A stretch of DNA of 59,812 nucleotides, the filler included, from Sluysia triapertura (taxonomy: Eukaryota): NCBI GenBank assembly GCA_046118255.1. It is 4 parts of 4 records of this genome, joined end to end, with 100 filler letters (N's around TTAATTAATTAA, not from the genome) between each part and the next. Parts side by side here need not be neighbours in the genome. Positions count along the whole stretch, not along the records: positions 37,721 to 48,849 come from JBJNIA010188465.1; positions 48,950 to 59,812 come from JBJNIA010192428.1; 2 more parts are not named here. One strand, 5' to 3'. The notes under the pieces were generated by a model that searched no databases, had not been told where the DNA came from, and saw only the letters and a list, made by a program, of their open reading frames with translations. The position numbers and the translations under genes are program-made. Of the stretch, positions 39,328 to 53,590 are shown one piece after another; position 1 is the stretch's first letter, and each line of letters opens with the position of its first letter.

Positions 39328-39667
39328 GGATAATCCTCAAACGGATATTTATGGTGCAAATTTATATAATCGTTATTTGGAATCTCGACATGGAAGTGAT
39401 ATATCTGAAGAAGTTTCTAAAATTCGTCAAATGGTTTCAGAAACATTTTTCGGAAGTTCGAATGTACAAACTCGTGGGTTTTTTAGTAGTACTAAGGAAA
39501 AAGATCTTGAAATATATAAAAGTACTGTATGTGGCAGAAGTGAAAATGAACATGTTGAAAATAAATTGCCCTTTAGTCGAAATATATCTAGAAAGGAAAA
39601 TAATATCATAAGAGCTGGTTTTGCAGAATCATGCAAATCTATATTAGTGTTAACTGGTGTCGTTAGG
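39328..39667 (+). CDS. HDHD5: Exon of an HAD-superfamily IIA hydrolase, HDHD5/CECR5-like
   Basis: AG acceptor 39326-39327; open frame (G)DNPQTDIYGANLYNRYL...ESCKSILVLTGV matches HDHD5 GDNPMSDVYGANLF..YL...SCISILVCTGV; GTTAGT donor at 39668. No stops. Confidence 0.8.
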
Positions 39668-39729
39668 GTTAGTACTCTTAAAAGTTTATTGTTTTATTTA
39701 GTGTCGTAACTTGCAAAGAATGAAATGGG

Positions 39730-40200
39730 TCTTTTCACGACGTTTTAACTAAATACTTATTCGTACAGGACGTGCTCCTCTCAAGAGCCTCGATACTTAA
39801 TTGTTCGATTTTATCAAAACACATGAATACAGAATGAAATTCATCATGTATTGCTTTATTTCTACTTAAAACAAATAGATAAATCTGGAGCATCTCTACA
39901 AAACCTGTAAATATATGCAAATATCTGTAATATTTAGCTGGCTTTCGACCCGTTTTTTGAATTAAACGAAGAATTCTATCGCCGATTGATAAGATTAGCT
40001 TATAAAAAAATTCTCTTACAAACGAAAGCGGTGCCCTTGAGAAGAATCAATGAATGTAGCACAACAATATTTTTAGTTTCTGCAGTAATTAGACTCTTAC
40101 TGAAATTCGAGGTCAATCTTTTGTGGCATTTATTTGATAACATATTTCCTTGAATAATTTCCAATTTTCAGATTTTATATTTTTCACACCTGTTACCTTT
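39730..40200 (-). mobile_element. Decayed hAT (ZMYM1-like) transposase fragment
   Basis: CYIH*F..HRFRL (cf. YIHCFAHRLNL), followed by IFTGFVEMLQIYLF (cf. FFG.V..LY.FF). Confidence 0.4.
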
Positions 40201-41349
40201 CTTGAAAGGAATCAACTAAAAAATTTGTAACGCAATAAAATTGTTATTTTTAGAAAATTTATTTATATTTATAGTGAGTCGAAATTCCAAAACTTCTTTA
40301 AAATCTTTATTTGTATAAATTTAAACGTGACTTCGAAAATCTAAAATATCTTGCATCAAACAAAGGCAACATTTATAATAACATCAAACTATACATTTAA
40401 AGTAAAATATGTAAGTGAATCTCCTAAAAGCGGTTATAAACAATTATATCAATGCAAATACAATGTAAAAGATAAATAAATCAAAGAAAGCATTGTAATT
40501 TAATAAGTTATTGAAATCAGATTTCACCCACTAAGTACAAATGCAAGAATTATAAATTCCACATTCAACAATTATAGCATCATTAATTAGTTAAATCGCT
40601 CTAACAAAATCGTATTTTTATTAAAAATTGCATGAAATGTGCTAATATATACTCCATCTAAGAGAAAATTTTCAAATCGTCCAGAACTATCAATTGATTG
40701 AATTATATATCATTATCTTGCACACGAACTACAATATATTAGTTTAGATTCATTTTCTTTCAAAAATTGAATTATAAGGATTCTATAAGCAATTATAAAT
40801 ATTGTAATCCGAACTAAGTGCATAATGTTTTGAAACAAAATATGCAGCCTTTTCATAATAAATAATTAGATTTATTTTCTTCGCATTCAAAACTCAGGTA
40901 AAACTTTATCTTAGAAATTTTTAGTTAATCTTACAACCTAATTTACATTCATTTCATAAAGCAAATAATAAATCATTGTTCAAAAATTAGTTCGAACTCG
41001 AATATTTCATACTTTATTGTAAATTCAAGAATAAACCACAATAAATGAACTTCTAAAATCTTTACGCTTTATGAAAATTTACAATATTTCTTGTTTAAAA
41101 AGCTAAAACTAGTAACCTAAATAATAGTAATGAATGCAAAAGCAAGCCAATTTGGAAACTTTATAGGCTTATTTTTATGAAAGTTAATAGTGCAAATGCC
41201 GAAGAAACAATCACGAGTACTGGATTTACAAAAAGCTGTATGATTGAATGCATGTTATAAAAACAATTACATTACTACTTCAAATGTACCAATGTTATTA
41301 AATACAAAATTTTATGTTTAAAAAATGAATATTTTCAGACTATTTTTTC

Positions 41350-41740
41350 TCATCACAATCATAAACACATTTCATCACAAGTAAACACTTCTTACATAAA
41401 CAAATTATTAAACAAGTTATTCAATACATACAAAACAAAAACACAGTTGTAATAATTTATAATTACTATAATTTTATGATTATTATTAGCATAGTTATTA
41501 CCACAATCATAATAACTATCATCGTAATTATAACTATTTGTTATAATTTTATCACTGTTATTATGATAGCTGTTGTCGTAACCACAATTATCTTCATTTG
41601 TTTTTTCTGTACGTTTACATCTATTTATCCTTGTTCTTGTCTTATTAGTGTTATTATTTTGTCCTCGTGCTTTATCACTGTTATTTTTGGTATTATTTTT
41701 TACTACTTCTGCTTCGTTATACTGTTAAAATTGTCTAAGA
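41350..41740 (+). repeat. Dispersed repeat, homologous to 3940-4170 (-)
   Basis: Shared blocks as listed for the 3940 copy. The hydrophobic 41476 ORF is a by-product of its low-complexity tail. Confidence 0.78.
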
Positions 41741-44700
41741 TAAATCATTAATCACAACGATTAACCTAATTTACGTTGTACTATCAAATTCTGGAACTAC
41801 GGATTTTCAACCTGTCAGTAGTCAAGAATCATCTTTCTATTATTTGCACTCAACTTATTCTGAACAATTCGAAATTCAATGACATTTTTAACATTATATT
41901 TCGCCTTCAAAGCATCCTTTACAAGTTGTATTTACTCATTATTGAATACCATTTATTAAATGTATGGAAATTTATCAATGATGAGATGACATTGATCAGT
42001 AACTGAGATATTACTCACAAACTAATGTTCATAGTTTAAAAACCACAAAACAAAGAATTGACTGATAAATATTAATTTTAATTTCATAAAATCTTCATTC
42101 CGTAAACGCTCTCAAATATTGTTAGACTATTTTAATCATAATCTTAACATAATCGCCCCAATGATATTTATTCTAGAAAGCGTTTTCCTATGTGAAAGAT
42201 GGACCACATAGTTGTCCGTCACGGAATTGTGTTAATAGAAAAGTAACTAAACCCTTTTGAATCAAAGTTATCCATTCATTTTTAGAATTTTTACATTTTT
42301 ACATTTTGCATCGTTATTTAAAATGCCTGGCTTGTCTAAATCAAATTCAGATAATTTAGTAAATCAACTATTCAATTTACTTACTTCGTCTCTATGATTA
42401 CATAAGTAAGTTAGTGGTTTTTGATCCATATATGGGATAATTTAGAAGCATAGACTATAGCTAAGCATTCTCTTCACATTGTTGAGTAGTTCATTTTTAC
42501 CTTAGTCTTCTACTACCATACACTATTGATTCTAAATTGTTTTTATTTTTTTAAATTGTTTTTATTTTCACTCCTATAGCATAATTGCTCTGTTAAAATA
42601 AAAGGTTTATTTTGTCTGGGAAAATCAGAATTAGTGCCTTGGTTAATTTTTCTTTCAAAAGAGTAAACTCAATTATTTGTGCTTCTATCCATTTAAATTA
42701 TAGATCCTTTAAAGTTAAAATTCAATATGAATATGAAGTTTTCATTATGAATTCAATTTAATAATTCCTTAACTAAAAATAACAAACTGTGGATTAAGTT
42801 CTATTATTAAAATCAAACAAATTACGATTAAATATTATAAATAAATGTCACTTAAAATTTAAAAAAATTTTCTATACAAATTATAAGTGTTTAATTACTT
42901 AAGTTCCAATTTAGAATGTTACTTTTACAATAAAATTTTCACGATAGATATCCAATACTTCTGAACGAATATTCCCAACTATTTCTAATGTAAAATAACT
43001 GCAACAAATGTCCAATATTCTACAAAATTTCCACGATTATTCTATTAAATAATATTTATCCAACAAATATTACTAATGATTTTAGTGATAAATTTTAGTG
43101 ATAAATGTATATTATATTTCCCTGTTCAGAATTTATAGCCAATAACTATAAAATGTTAAACATATAAAATCTTTACTGTAATAAGCTTTCTTTTAATTCA
43201 ATATTCTTTTGCCAAATAATTTATCCATCTATATCCACACTGTGCAAGTTTGTGTTTGAATATGTTACTATTCATTATTATTGCTATTTTGCTAACAATG
43301 TATGTTTTAGTTCCTGATGCCTCCATTTGGTTTGGAGCTCTCTTGCTAATTAAGTGCGATAAGTTCTCTATATTTCTTACACCCTACTTTCCTTTTTATA
43401 TCGTTTTTCCAAGGCATGTTTAGAATTTTTTTACAATCTCTTCTAATTTATTCTTCCTAATCAAGGAGTAATTTTTCAATAAAAATAGATGTTATCTAAA
43501 TTTTAAATTACTTTATGTTCTTAGATTATTTCTTTGATTTTTTATTTTAAATTAATAGATTTAGATATTTATTTTGGATTTTAGGTCTCGCATATTACAT
43601 AAATCTATAATTTTCTGTTATTTAGAAAAATCAAACAATGAATACCAAATCAATGGTAGAGTTAATGTCTCAGTGTAATGTGAACCACAACCACCGAGAT
43701 TTTCCAGATTATCCAGAATTAAAAACTCCCTCGTATATGTGTGATGGTGTCGATGAGGCAGTTAGATACGTGTTCGAACAGGAAAGTTTCACTGAATAAG
43801 TGCAGCGGTTTGTTTTGGTAATTATTTCACTTACTATGTCTGCCATCGGTTTGTCAAGAATAGAAGAGGAAAAATTAAAGTCGAATTTATTTTTATATTT
43901 TTGATGTGAGTCATCATGTATTGGCAAAATTTTACGAATTAGATCAAATGTATTTGTAGTACTTTTATTGTGACAACAGAAAATACGGATTAATTATAAC
44001 AAACTAAATTTTTAAAGTATACTTAATAGAGATTGAATAAAATATAATTACAATAATTACAACATTGTATCGAAATCGCACATTAAATATATATATATAT
44101 ATATGTTAAAAACTTAGTCCTAAATAAAAGTAGTAAATGTGATGTTGAAATGAATCTAGTTTGGTTTATATTATTTTAGATTGGAACATTAACTTATATT
44201 TAATAAGTAATAAAAATAAGTTAGTTTATTTTTTCTAAATTATTATATTTAGCATCACATTTTAAAATGTCTTCAAATTTAAAAAATAATTATAACAGAA
44301 AACTTCATATTTTACTAAAAATAAAAATTTAATGAAAAGATGGAATAATAAAGTTAATTTATTTTAAATGAACTTCAATTAAAAATTGTATAAGAAAAAA
44401 TAAAACTTATTGTTTGAATTAATATTTTTTATGTTTTTGTAAGTTAAGTAAGAAGTAGTTTATGTACATTTATATATTTATAAATAATCAATACGAATTG
44501 ACGAATGTTAAAATGATATAATAGGTGTAATATTGAAACAATAATTAGGAAAATAAAATATAAATAATTTAATGAAAAATATTTCATGTTTTAGATTTTA
44601 GGCGATATCTAATTTTTGTTTGTTCTTATTTTCTTAGATTTTATCAAGTATATTCGACATAAAGTAGCGGCATTTTTTGCACGATGCCGTGTTTACTAGT

Positions 44701-45618
44701 CACAAGAAGAGTAAAAAATTTGCGAGCTTATTTGTGGAAATCATGTATGAATTGCAAATTGGTCATTTCCGTAATCTTTGGATAAATTTCTTTTAGTAAT
44801 TTTTGTTTTCTTTGATCAGATAAACAACGCGTTTTTAAATTTTCATTCTGTTACCCTTGGAATCGCTGTAATTGTAAGTATTTTTTAAAGATTTTTTATT
44901 TTGCTTCCCGGATAAATTTACTTGTTTTTGTATGATGTAAAAGCGTATGAATGAATTAATAAATATTTCACTCATTGACTCAAACAGAAAGCATATGCGT
45001 TTCTTGGAGAAGATAATGAGCTCAAGAGATTTCACAGATATAGAAAGGATGGGGATTCCTGCTTTGGAATATACGTGTCATTACTAAAAATTAATTAAAC
45101 AAATAAAGCAATGTTTGCCAAAGATTCTTTATACAACAAAGAATTTAAATACAAAAATATCTTAATTCTTATTCTTTTGGAATCATGTTTTTTGTGTTTC
45201 TGATAAATGATTCGTATATTAAATTTGTTCGTGTTTAATAATGTTTAAATGAAACTTATGATCATTTATGAAATCTTTTTATTTTCAATCTTAATTAAGC
45301 GAACATATACGAATTTATGGTGATAAATTAAAATTATCTAATATTAATAAATATTGTGTAACATATTTACAAAATGATATAAATTAATCCGACTTTTCGA
45401 CTTCTAGATTTATTTTATTACTAACGTTGATTAATTTATATCAACAAATTATTTTTCTCAGTTTTATTAATATCATATAATAAAGTTTAATATTGATACA
45501 CGGATATGAACATTTCATTATTTCAAACTGATATTGTCTTTCAAGACTGAGGAACACTATAATATAACATTGGTATGTAGTTTTAATATATTGTAGATGA
45601 ATTTGTGACTACTAGTAC

Positions 45619-45697
<79 letters not shown>
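45619..45697. repeat. (TTA)n microsatellite
   Basis: Perfect run. Confidence 0.95.
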
Positions 45698-45698
<1 letters not shown>

Positions 45699-46699
45699 CT
45701 ATGTGAGTGAAATTTCTTATTTATAAGCATTTCTGTGTATTTTCTTATTTTACGAGTTTGATTTAACAAATCCTCGACTTAAATAAACATTATTTTAATA
45801 AGATCTAAATTGATTAAATAAGATGCAGAAGTATAAATTTAATAAATCAAATAAAAATAGTGAAACTACAAAAAACATTTGGTATTTTAATTTAATAATG
45901 CTATAAAATCTTCATAAACACTCTATATTTGTAACTATTTCAGTTTCATTAGATGGTAAAGTACTAAAATATTTTAGATTTTAATCAAAGCAGTGTTAAA
46001 TATTTAATGTCATATTTGTTTTTGAAAGATATTCATACATTAAATCATAAATTTTAAAACTATTTTTATGTAACAATTTTAATACATATTTCACATTGAC
46101 ACAACCTTTTGCATCGAGGTATTTCGAGTGTTATATTGCCCAAGTCTATGCCTTTCATTTTGATAAAATATATTTCTAAATTACTGTTATTTAATATGCA
46201 TAACTTAAGGTTTAGTTGATTTAATAAAATCTGTTTTGTCTGATAGATGTATTATAATAAACTTTTTTTTACTAATATTCCATTTTTACGTTTCAGAGGT
46301 ATTTGTTAAATCAACGGCGTACATTGTAAAAAATATTTCAGTTAAATTAAAAATAAATACCTCAAAATTAAGAACGTGATGTAACATTTTATCAGTTATT
46401 TTACATGAATGACTTTACATTGATTGTACAAATCATTTTAATTTATGTTTATGTTTAGTGAAAATATTTTGTCTGCTGCGTCAAATCAAAAAATAAAATA
46501 TTTTTATTATACATATATAAAATATTAAATATAATATTAGGTTATACCAAAAATCATGAAAAAAATAAAATAACACTTTTATTGAAATTATGCATTTATT
46601 AAAAATATAATTCTAAATAGTTTTTCTAATGACGATGTAACTGTTTAAATCAATTTAACTACTAATCCTATTAGAAACAAATTTTTTGTTATATTTATC

Positions 46700-47285
46700 A
46701 CCGTCGCTGTTGAAGGTAACCAAATCTTAACTATAAACTACATGTAGAATTAACTCGAATGTATCAGGATTATCTAATAATTTCTTCATTTTTTTGAACC
46801 TTATGCCGACTAGTTCTTTATAACGATCAATCAAATATAAGTCACAGTTGTTAGATCTGGCCATCAGGAATTAATTCAAAGTGAAATTTACCTTAAAAAT
46901 TCCGCAAAACAGAATTCATGACTTTAACTTGTTTGCCAATCTTGCCTTTATTTTATTTACCATTATTATTTATTATGATGATTTATTTTTTACTAATAAC
47001 AACCCCTCAAAAAGATTGTTTGGCATTGTGGTATTCCATCATATATTTACAAATATATTATCTTCGTTCTCTTTGATATTCATTTACCCAAGTAATATTT
47101 CCTTGTACCATTTACTTAGTAATTTCAAACTCCAAAAATCACTCGATTATCGAGTGACCAAGTCTACCGTTAAATCTTTGAAGCTTTACCATCGCACCAA
47201 TCTTACAATCGTAACATCAGAGCCTTTAGTTCGTGTATTATTCCACTCACGTATGCTGCTGTGACTCCTTAATACTAGAGCAAAC
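46700..47285 (-). pseudogene. Possible RPA70-like OB-fold remnant
   Basis: HSSIREWNNTRTKG resembles RPA70 DBD-A KSQIRTWSNSRGEG. Downstream EFEIT and QVKVMNSVLRNF*GKFHFEL are OB-fold-like. Many stops. Confidence 0.38.
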
Positions 47286-48149
47286 CAAGTATTACAATTT
47301 TTCAATGAAATTAAATAAACACTTGAAGCGTTAAAAGAAATTATTGAATAACATCTTTAAATTAATTATTGTTTTTAAATATTTCTCATGTTACATAAAT
47401 TTAAAAATTGTATTGAAAAATGATGCATTACATATTGGTTAACCTAATAATCAAAATTATAAAGTAAAAATTATTTATAAGTAATAGATACATTTCTCAA
47501 ATTATTTCTTACACTTATATAATTTACGTAATATCTTAAGTATATATTGAATATATTTTTTATTCTTACTTCAATTTTACCGATTTACTTGATTTTTCAT
47601 TCAATATTTTCTTTAAAGAAAAAACTAATTATTGTATGACGAATAATAAAATACAATAGTTAAAACATTTATTAGTAAATTTTCGTATTTCATATTTTAG
47701 GTAATATTCCATTACAAAAAAACGTAAAGCAAAAAATTTATCGTTTTTTGAAATTATGAAAACATTGTATCAAAATGTAAATTTAATTATGAAAAAATAT
47801 TGTACACAATTGGAAAGAAAGTCTTTGCTGAAATTTCAATGCAGGTTTAAAAATTGAATACCTCAAATTTAACAAAATATTGTTTAAATATCCATTATAA
47901 TTATTAAAAACAGAGTAGATTAAATTTGAAAAGTAAATTTATTTTATTCATTTCAGATGTTTTATTTTGATGAGGTTTGTGTTCAATATTACATTCCTTT
48001 CAATTAAATGCTGGTTTCGAAATCACTGAAGGTTTTAATAAAATTTTAAGAACATTCAAAATTTACAAAACTTATATAGGGAAAATATAAATGAAAAATG
48101 TTGTTCTGAAAACAACAAAATGACAAATTTAAAAATCTAAAATTACTTC

Positions 48150-48640
48150 GAAAGGTAATAAAGTGTAGTGTTTAGGTTCCGAATAATTTGAAAGTGGAGC
48201 AAAAGTTTCTAAAAGTCTGAAGCATAACTTTATTTTCAAAATTGAGTAGTGGACATTTTTGGACCGATGAAAAATTAGTTTTGTGTTAATCCTCAAAGTG
48301 GCTCACATAAAAAAAACAAACATTATGAATGAATCGTTATTACCTGAGATGTTATCAGCAATTACATCGACTAAGCCAGAAAATATGATAAAGTGAAAGT
48401 GTAATTTTTCTTCATGGCATTACAAGACATATACTTCAAAAATCATTCGAAATGTGTATTTGGGAAATGTACCACATCCCAAATTGTAGTTTGTTTCGCT
48501 CGATGCAAAATTTGTGAGAAGACATAACGTTAAGCACTGGATAATATAAAACTAGTATTTATCAGATATTCAGCTCCAAATCGAAAATTTTTAAATCAAT
48601 CGATATGGGGGTTTATTTAAAAGGGGATATTTATAAATAC
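48150..48640 (+). mobile_element. Mariner transposase remnant
   Basis: *VPNNLK (WVPHEL), TDEKLV (GDEKWV), VIFLHG (VIFLHDN), PHP and LFRSMQN in order. Confidence 0.72.
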
Positions 48641-48849
48641 ACGCATTTTATATATTTTTATTTTTCAGTAGACTTTCTTCCAACCTAATACTTTATGTAA
48701 AAAGTACGACTTACATAATTTTAGAATATTTATATAAAATTTTTTTATTTTATTACCTGAGTAATATTGACTGTTTATTTAAATAAAGTGCTGTATTTTT
48801 CTTTTTGAATTAATAGTGTAATAGAAATCTTTTTGATTTTCTGCTTATA

Positions 48850-48949
48850 NNNNNNNNNNNNNNNNNNNNNNNNNNNNNNNNNNNNNNNNNNNNTTAATTA
48901 ATTAANNNNNNNNNNNNNNNNNNNNNNNNNNNNNNNNNNNNNNNNNNNN
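48850..48949. other. Artificial contig-join gap with linker
   Basis: 44 N + TTAATTAATTAA + 44 N. Confidence 0.97.
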
Positions 48950-49624
48950 AAGATTATGATATAATCTCTTACAGTAAGTTTAATTAATTTATTACCTCCC
49001 TCTTAAAAAGGGGGTCGAGAAAAAGAATTAAAGTAAATATTACATGTGTATTTTACTTTCATTTAAAAGAGAATTAAGCTTATAAAAAACAAACTAACGG
49101 TTAACAAATCTGTTTAAAAAATCAATGTATTTGAATAATTTCCGATAAACGTCAAAGAAAACCAAAGAGTTGAATAACAATAAGTCGAATAATCCATTAA
49201 ATATTTCTCGATCGAATATCAAGCCAGAAAATTCCAAGAGAAACTTGAATTTGTGAAAATATTTTTAAAAATTTCGTGTGTTTTTATGCTATTTTGCTTT
49301 ACTATTTATATTATTTATATTATTTAATTATCGGCCTTGACCGATATATTTTAAAAACAAAATTAATTTATTTAAAAAACATAGATTAAAGAATTAAAGA
49401 AGAATATAAAAGAATATAATACTAATAATGATTTTAATAATAATAATAATTAACGAAATAAAATAATAATAATAACAATAATACGAATTTAGAAAAATCT
49501 ATATTTATTATAAATTTACACACAAATTATTATTTTAAAATTATTACTTTATTTAGATATTTACACATTAACTATAATTCAAAAAATCGATACTATTCAT
49601 ATTATAAACATATTGTAAATACAC

Positions 49625-50061
49625 ATTGACTAAAATTCGTGAGTTTAGAGTGTATGAAAAGATTTGAAGGTGTATGATAATTAATTTGGAATGTGGTTGA
49701 AATTGAATTGTTTAGAAATGAAGAATACAATGTTTTAGATGAATTTTTTAATATAATTTAATGGTTTCGAATTTTATGAGATTATGTGTTTAGTTGATTT
49801 AAACGGATGAAGATGTTTTTAATGGATGTAAAAGAGAAATAACGGAGTGGTCAAATGCTTATAAGTATGGTTTTATGTACAATGTGTTAATTTAGCATAA
49901 TGTTGTTTTCTGTTGATTCTTCTGTGTGATTTGTAGTTTTTGAGGATGAAATTGTTATGTTGGCAAAAACTTGTATAAGTAGAATGTTTTTGATGAGTTT
50001 TTTGAAAGTGTGTGACATAAATTTTAGCAAAATTTATTAAGAAAATAGGTTGGCCACCACA
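49625..50061 (-). mobile_element. TGTGGTG LTR-like family copy, closest to copy B
   Basis: Reverse complement begins TGTGGTGGCCAACCTATTT and shares AAATCAACTAAACACATAATCTCATAA and TACATAAAACCATACT with 23.5 kb. Confidence 0.75.
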
Positions 50062-51930
50062 TCGTAAAATAAATTAAATAAATGAGTTCATTAAATACTT
50101 ATAACTTTAATCTTCATTTAACCTAGGAATGTAAACTTTTAAACCCTAAATTATTAAATTTTTAATGTATAAAATTTTATTTTAAAATTATTTTTACAAA
50201 TAAAGAAATGAACATTAATTTGATTACATTAAAAAATAAAAAAGACTACATTTAAAATTTAAAACAAATTTAAGTAATTATAATATAAAAATATTTAACT
50301 TAAAGTTTGTATCATTTATTTATTATTAATAAAATATTATTACATTTATTTTTGATTAAAAAATATATAAATGTTACGTTCATTAAGAAGTTGGCCTAAC
50401 ATCAAATGAAAATAAATACCACCATAATATTTCACATATTTAACAAAACATTTAACAGCATCATTCTTAATTATAAAAGCTATTTCATTCCATACATTTT
50501 TAAGGTGTTACAAGATCATCGACAATATTACTTCTTATAAACAGTTTGAATAACTTATGATAATAAACTAAATGGTAATATAACGGTAAAAATAATTTCA
50601 TTTGCAGTTGTCAATCTGTCTACATTTACTTGTATTTACTATCACTTTAGCAACCTGAACACGAAGACCTTTTCAAAAATTCAGTACAATAATTTTTTGT
50701 TTTGTTTGTTTTAAAAACAAAATTTGACGTTTTGAATTATTTTGGCTTAAATTATTCTTCAATTGATTCAATATTTAATTTTATAAACATTTAAATTATT
50801 TAGTAACTAAAAATTTTATAAAGAAACTTAATACTTTATGATAATATTTTAAATTAATAAAACATTATATAGTGTTTATTGTTGTAGTAAATTTTGATTG
50901 ACAAGAATTATTATTTGTATATTTTGTTTTGATTTTATTGAATAGCAGCATTAATTATATTAGAAAATCAAAAAATTAATATGTTTATTTTATTTTAATT
51001 TTATCAAAAAACAATATTAATTATATTAGAAACATCAAAAATTTAATTAAATTTTGTGAAAGAATGAAAAAATTTTTATTGTTTTCACATAAATTAAAAA
51101 AGAAACATAAAATTTTATTTTGAATTGATTTATGAAGATCAATAATTTATTCTATGAAACAATAATAATATAATAATATGAATTACAAGAATATTGTTTA
51201 TTTTCAGTTAAGTTCTACAGTTTATTACCTATGCTTTATTACATAAATATTAAATTATTTTATTAAAATGAATTTTCATTTTTATTTTTGATATGCAGAG
51301 CAAGTTGAGTTATGATTGACAATTTAAATAATTCATTACGCCTGAATTATTATTATAATAATATTATTATTATATTATAATTAAAATATAAAAATTAATA
51401 ACATATAATTTATTAATTAAAATCTGAATTCATTTAAATAAGTAAAACCAAAATAAGTAATTATAAAATTACAAAATAACGATGCAAAATATTTTTATTA
51501 AAAATGTGTATAATTGGAGTCGATCAAAATTTATTTTAAATTTAATAATTACATTATAATTCTGATTTAAATAAATTTATGAAAAATGATTATAAAGTTT
51601 AGATCCAAAATAAAATTTAATTAATTCAAATAAATAAAATAAAATAAAAATAAATTCAAATATTGGCAAATAATAATCATTGAAAATTAAAAAATTCCTT
51701 ATTTTTACATAACCACCCAAAAACAGCTACCATAAGAATACATTACAATATTTTAAATGATTTTAGTCGTATTAATCTGTGTTTTGGTGATTTTTTTTAT
51801 TGTCTTTTGTTTTATACAATAGATCTTGAATTCCTCAGTTTGTACAATAAAATAGTTTGAATCATATTTAACAGAAAGAAAACAATATGTTTATCAAATA
51901 ATGTGAAATCAAATGAGATATGTTTAAAGT

Positions 51931-52046
51931 ATGGAGTATGATACATTATTGTTTATAATATATATCATTTATGTTCTAAGTATAATCGAATCAGAAGCCG
52001 ATGATAATCAAAATACAATCCAAGTAATAATAATTTTAATAATAAT

Positions 52047-52092
<46 letters not shown>

Positions 52093-52220
52093 TACATACA
52101 TCAAAAAACACAAAGTTGTGACAATAAATATGTCCAAAGAAATGTTTGAACAACGATAATTGCAAAGAATTTGTATAATTAAGAAAAACCAATTGTAAAA
52201 TTTCATATGAAAATTGCAAT
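51931..52220 (+). pseudogene. Possible signal peptide plus PAN/Apple-like Cys remnant
   Basis: MEYDTLLFIIYIIYVLSIIESEA, then an (AAT)n run, then ICPKKCLNNDNCKEFV*LRKTNCKIS in another frame. Confidence 0.3.
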
Positions 52221-52559
52221 TAATATTGAATCAATCAGCAAAACTAAGTGATTGAATGCATCAATTGAATCAATCATGCATCACTTTATTTTAAGACATT
52301 ACATTCAATGTCATTCAAATATGAATGACGATATACGTCATCATAATTAAATCATAACATCAACACATCACCAAGTGGCAATTTTGTCATATGTCTCATC
52401 TGTGGTGGTTCAACATTTTTAAAAAATATTTTTTGCACAAACCAAAGGAACAAAACATTATCTATTACAACAATATAATCATAAAACAATTTCTCAAATT
52501 TTTAAATACCTAAATACTTTAACATAAAAGATCTTAAAATTTGAAATTAACACCTTAGT

Positions 52560-53590
52560 AATAAAAGAAGATAACAATGAAATTTCTATAAAAGTTAGTC
52601 AAGTTTTCTTTTCTTCTCTTTTTTGATTTTCGCTTACTCATGAACTTACTAATAAGAAAAATGCGGAATCCGACATTATGTCTATAAAATAAACACCAAG
52701 AAAATACAATACAGAAGCAAACACCGATAAGACCAATGTAGATCCAACCATACTCGAAACATGTATAAATAAAGGAAATAAACGATGGATCTACTACATT
52801 GATTAATATAGTATCAAAAAAATGCCGACGAAAACGAGTCCGAAATAAAAAGTACCCATAACAAAGCAAATACAGATTAGAACTCAGATGTAATAATATC
52901 TAATACACATGATATAAACAAATTTAAAAGTGCCATGAAAGAATATGAGAAACATGGAACAAAGAAAATAGTTCACCAAACACAATTAGAAAGTGGTATC
53001 AAAGAAAACAATGAAAAATCAAGAAATTAAAGTTCAAAGTCTTAGAACTAAAGTTGAAATAAAGAAAAACAAAATTTGGCAAGAAGTAAAGAATAAATTT
53101 CTCAAAACTAAAGAAAAAAGAACCCTGAAATAATGGATCAAAATTGATCAACTGTGTATCAGTAAGGGAAGCTAAAATACACGTCTCAAAGAGTCAAGTA
53201 ATACAGAAAAATCTTCCATTATGCATTTGACTTATTTGAACAAATAGAAAAAATTTATCAGATCTGGAGAAAACGTAACTCTTATTGATAATCAAAGAAA
53301 TGATACAAATTAAAAGTAAACCAGCAGAGCAATGCAGATTACTCCTTGATAAATAATAATAAAGATAAGAAATAATAATAATAATAAAAACTAATAATGG
53401 TAATGAAAAAATTAATTTATTTTTAAGTAATTAAAGATGGCTCTGCACATCATTTTCATCTACGCTGATGTCCATGCAATTGGCTAAATCTGAACAAAAT
53501 TTTCAGAAGCCAATAAAAATTGGCCAACAAAAGTTAAACAAAATAAATATAGCTCCCATGAAACAGGAGTGAGGATGGACAAAAGCCGTC
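52560..53590 (+). mobile_element. Decayed non-LTR (RTE-like) reverse transcriptase
   Basis: A-rich strand; FIYADV (YADD-like) at about 53455 followed by LAKSEQNFQ..KINI. Heavily frameshifted. Confidence 0.45.

Noticed and set aside
43709-45090. Coding-like patches at 43.7 and 44.6-45.1 kb
   Set aside because: No recognisable motif; the longer patch has stops in all frames.
45557-45769. Poly-Ile/Leu ORFs (also 28685, 51965, 59567)
   Set aside because: Translations of (ATT)n microsatellites.
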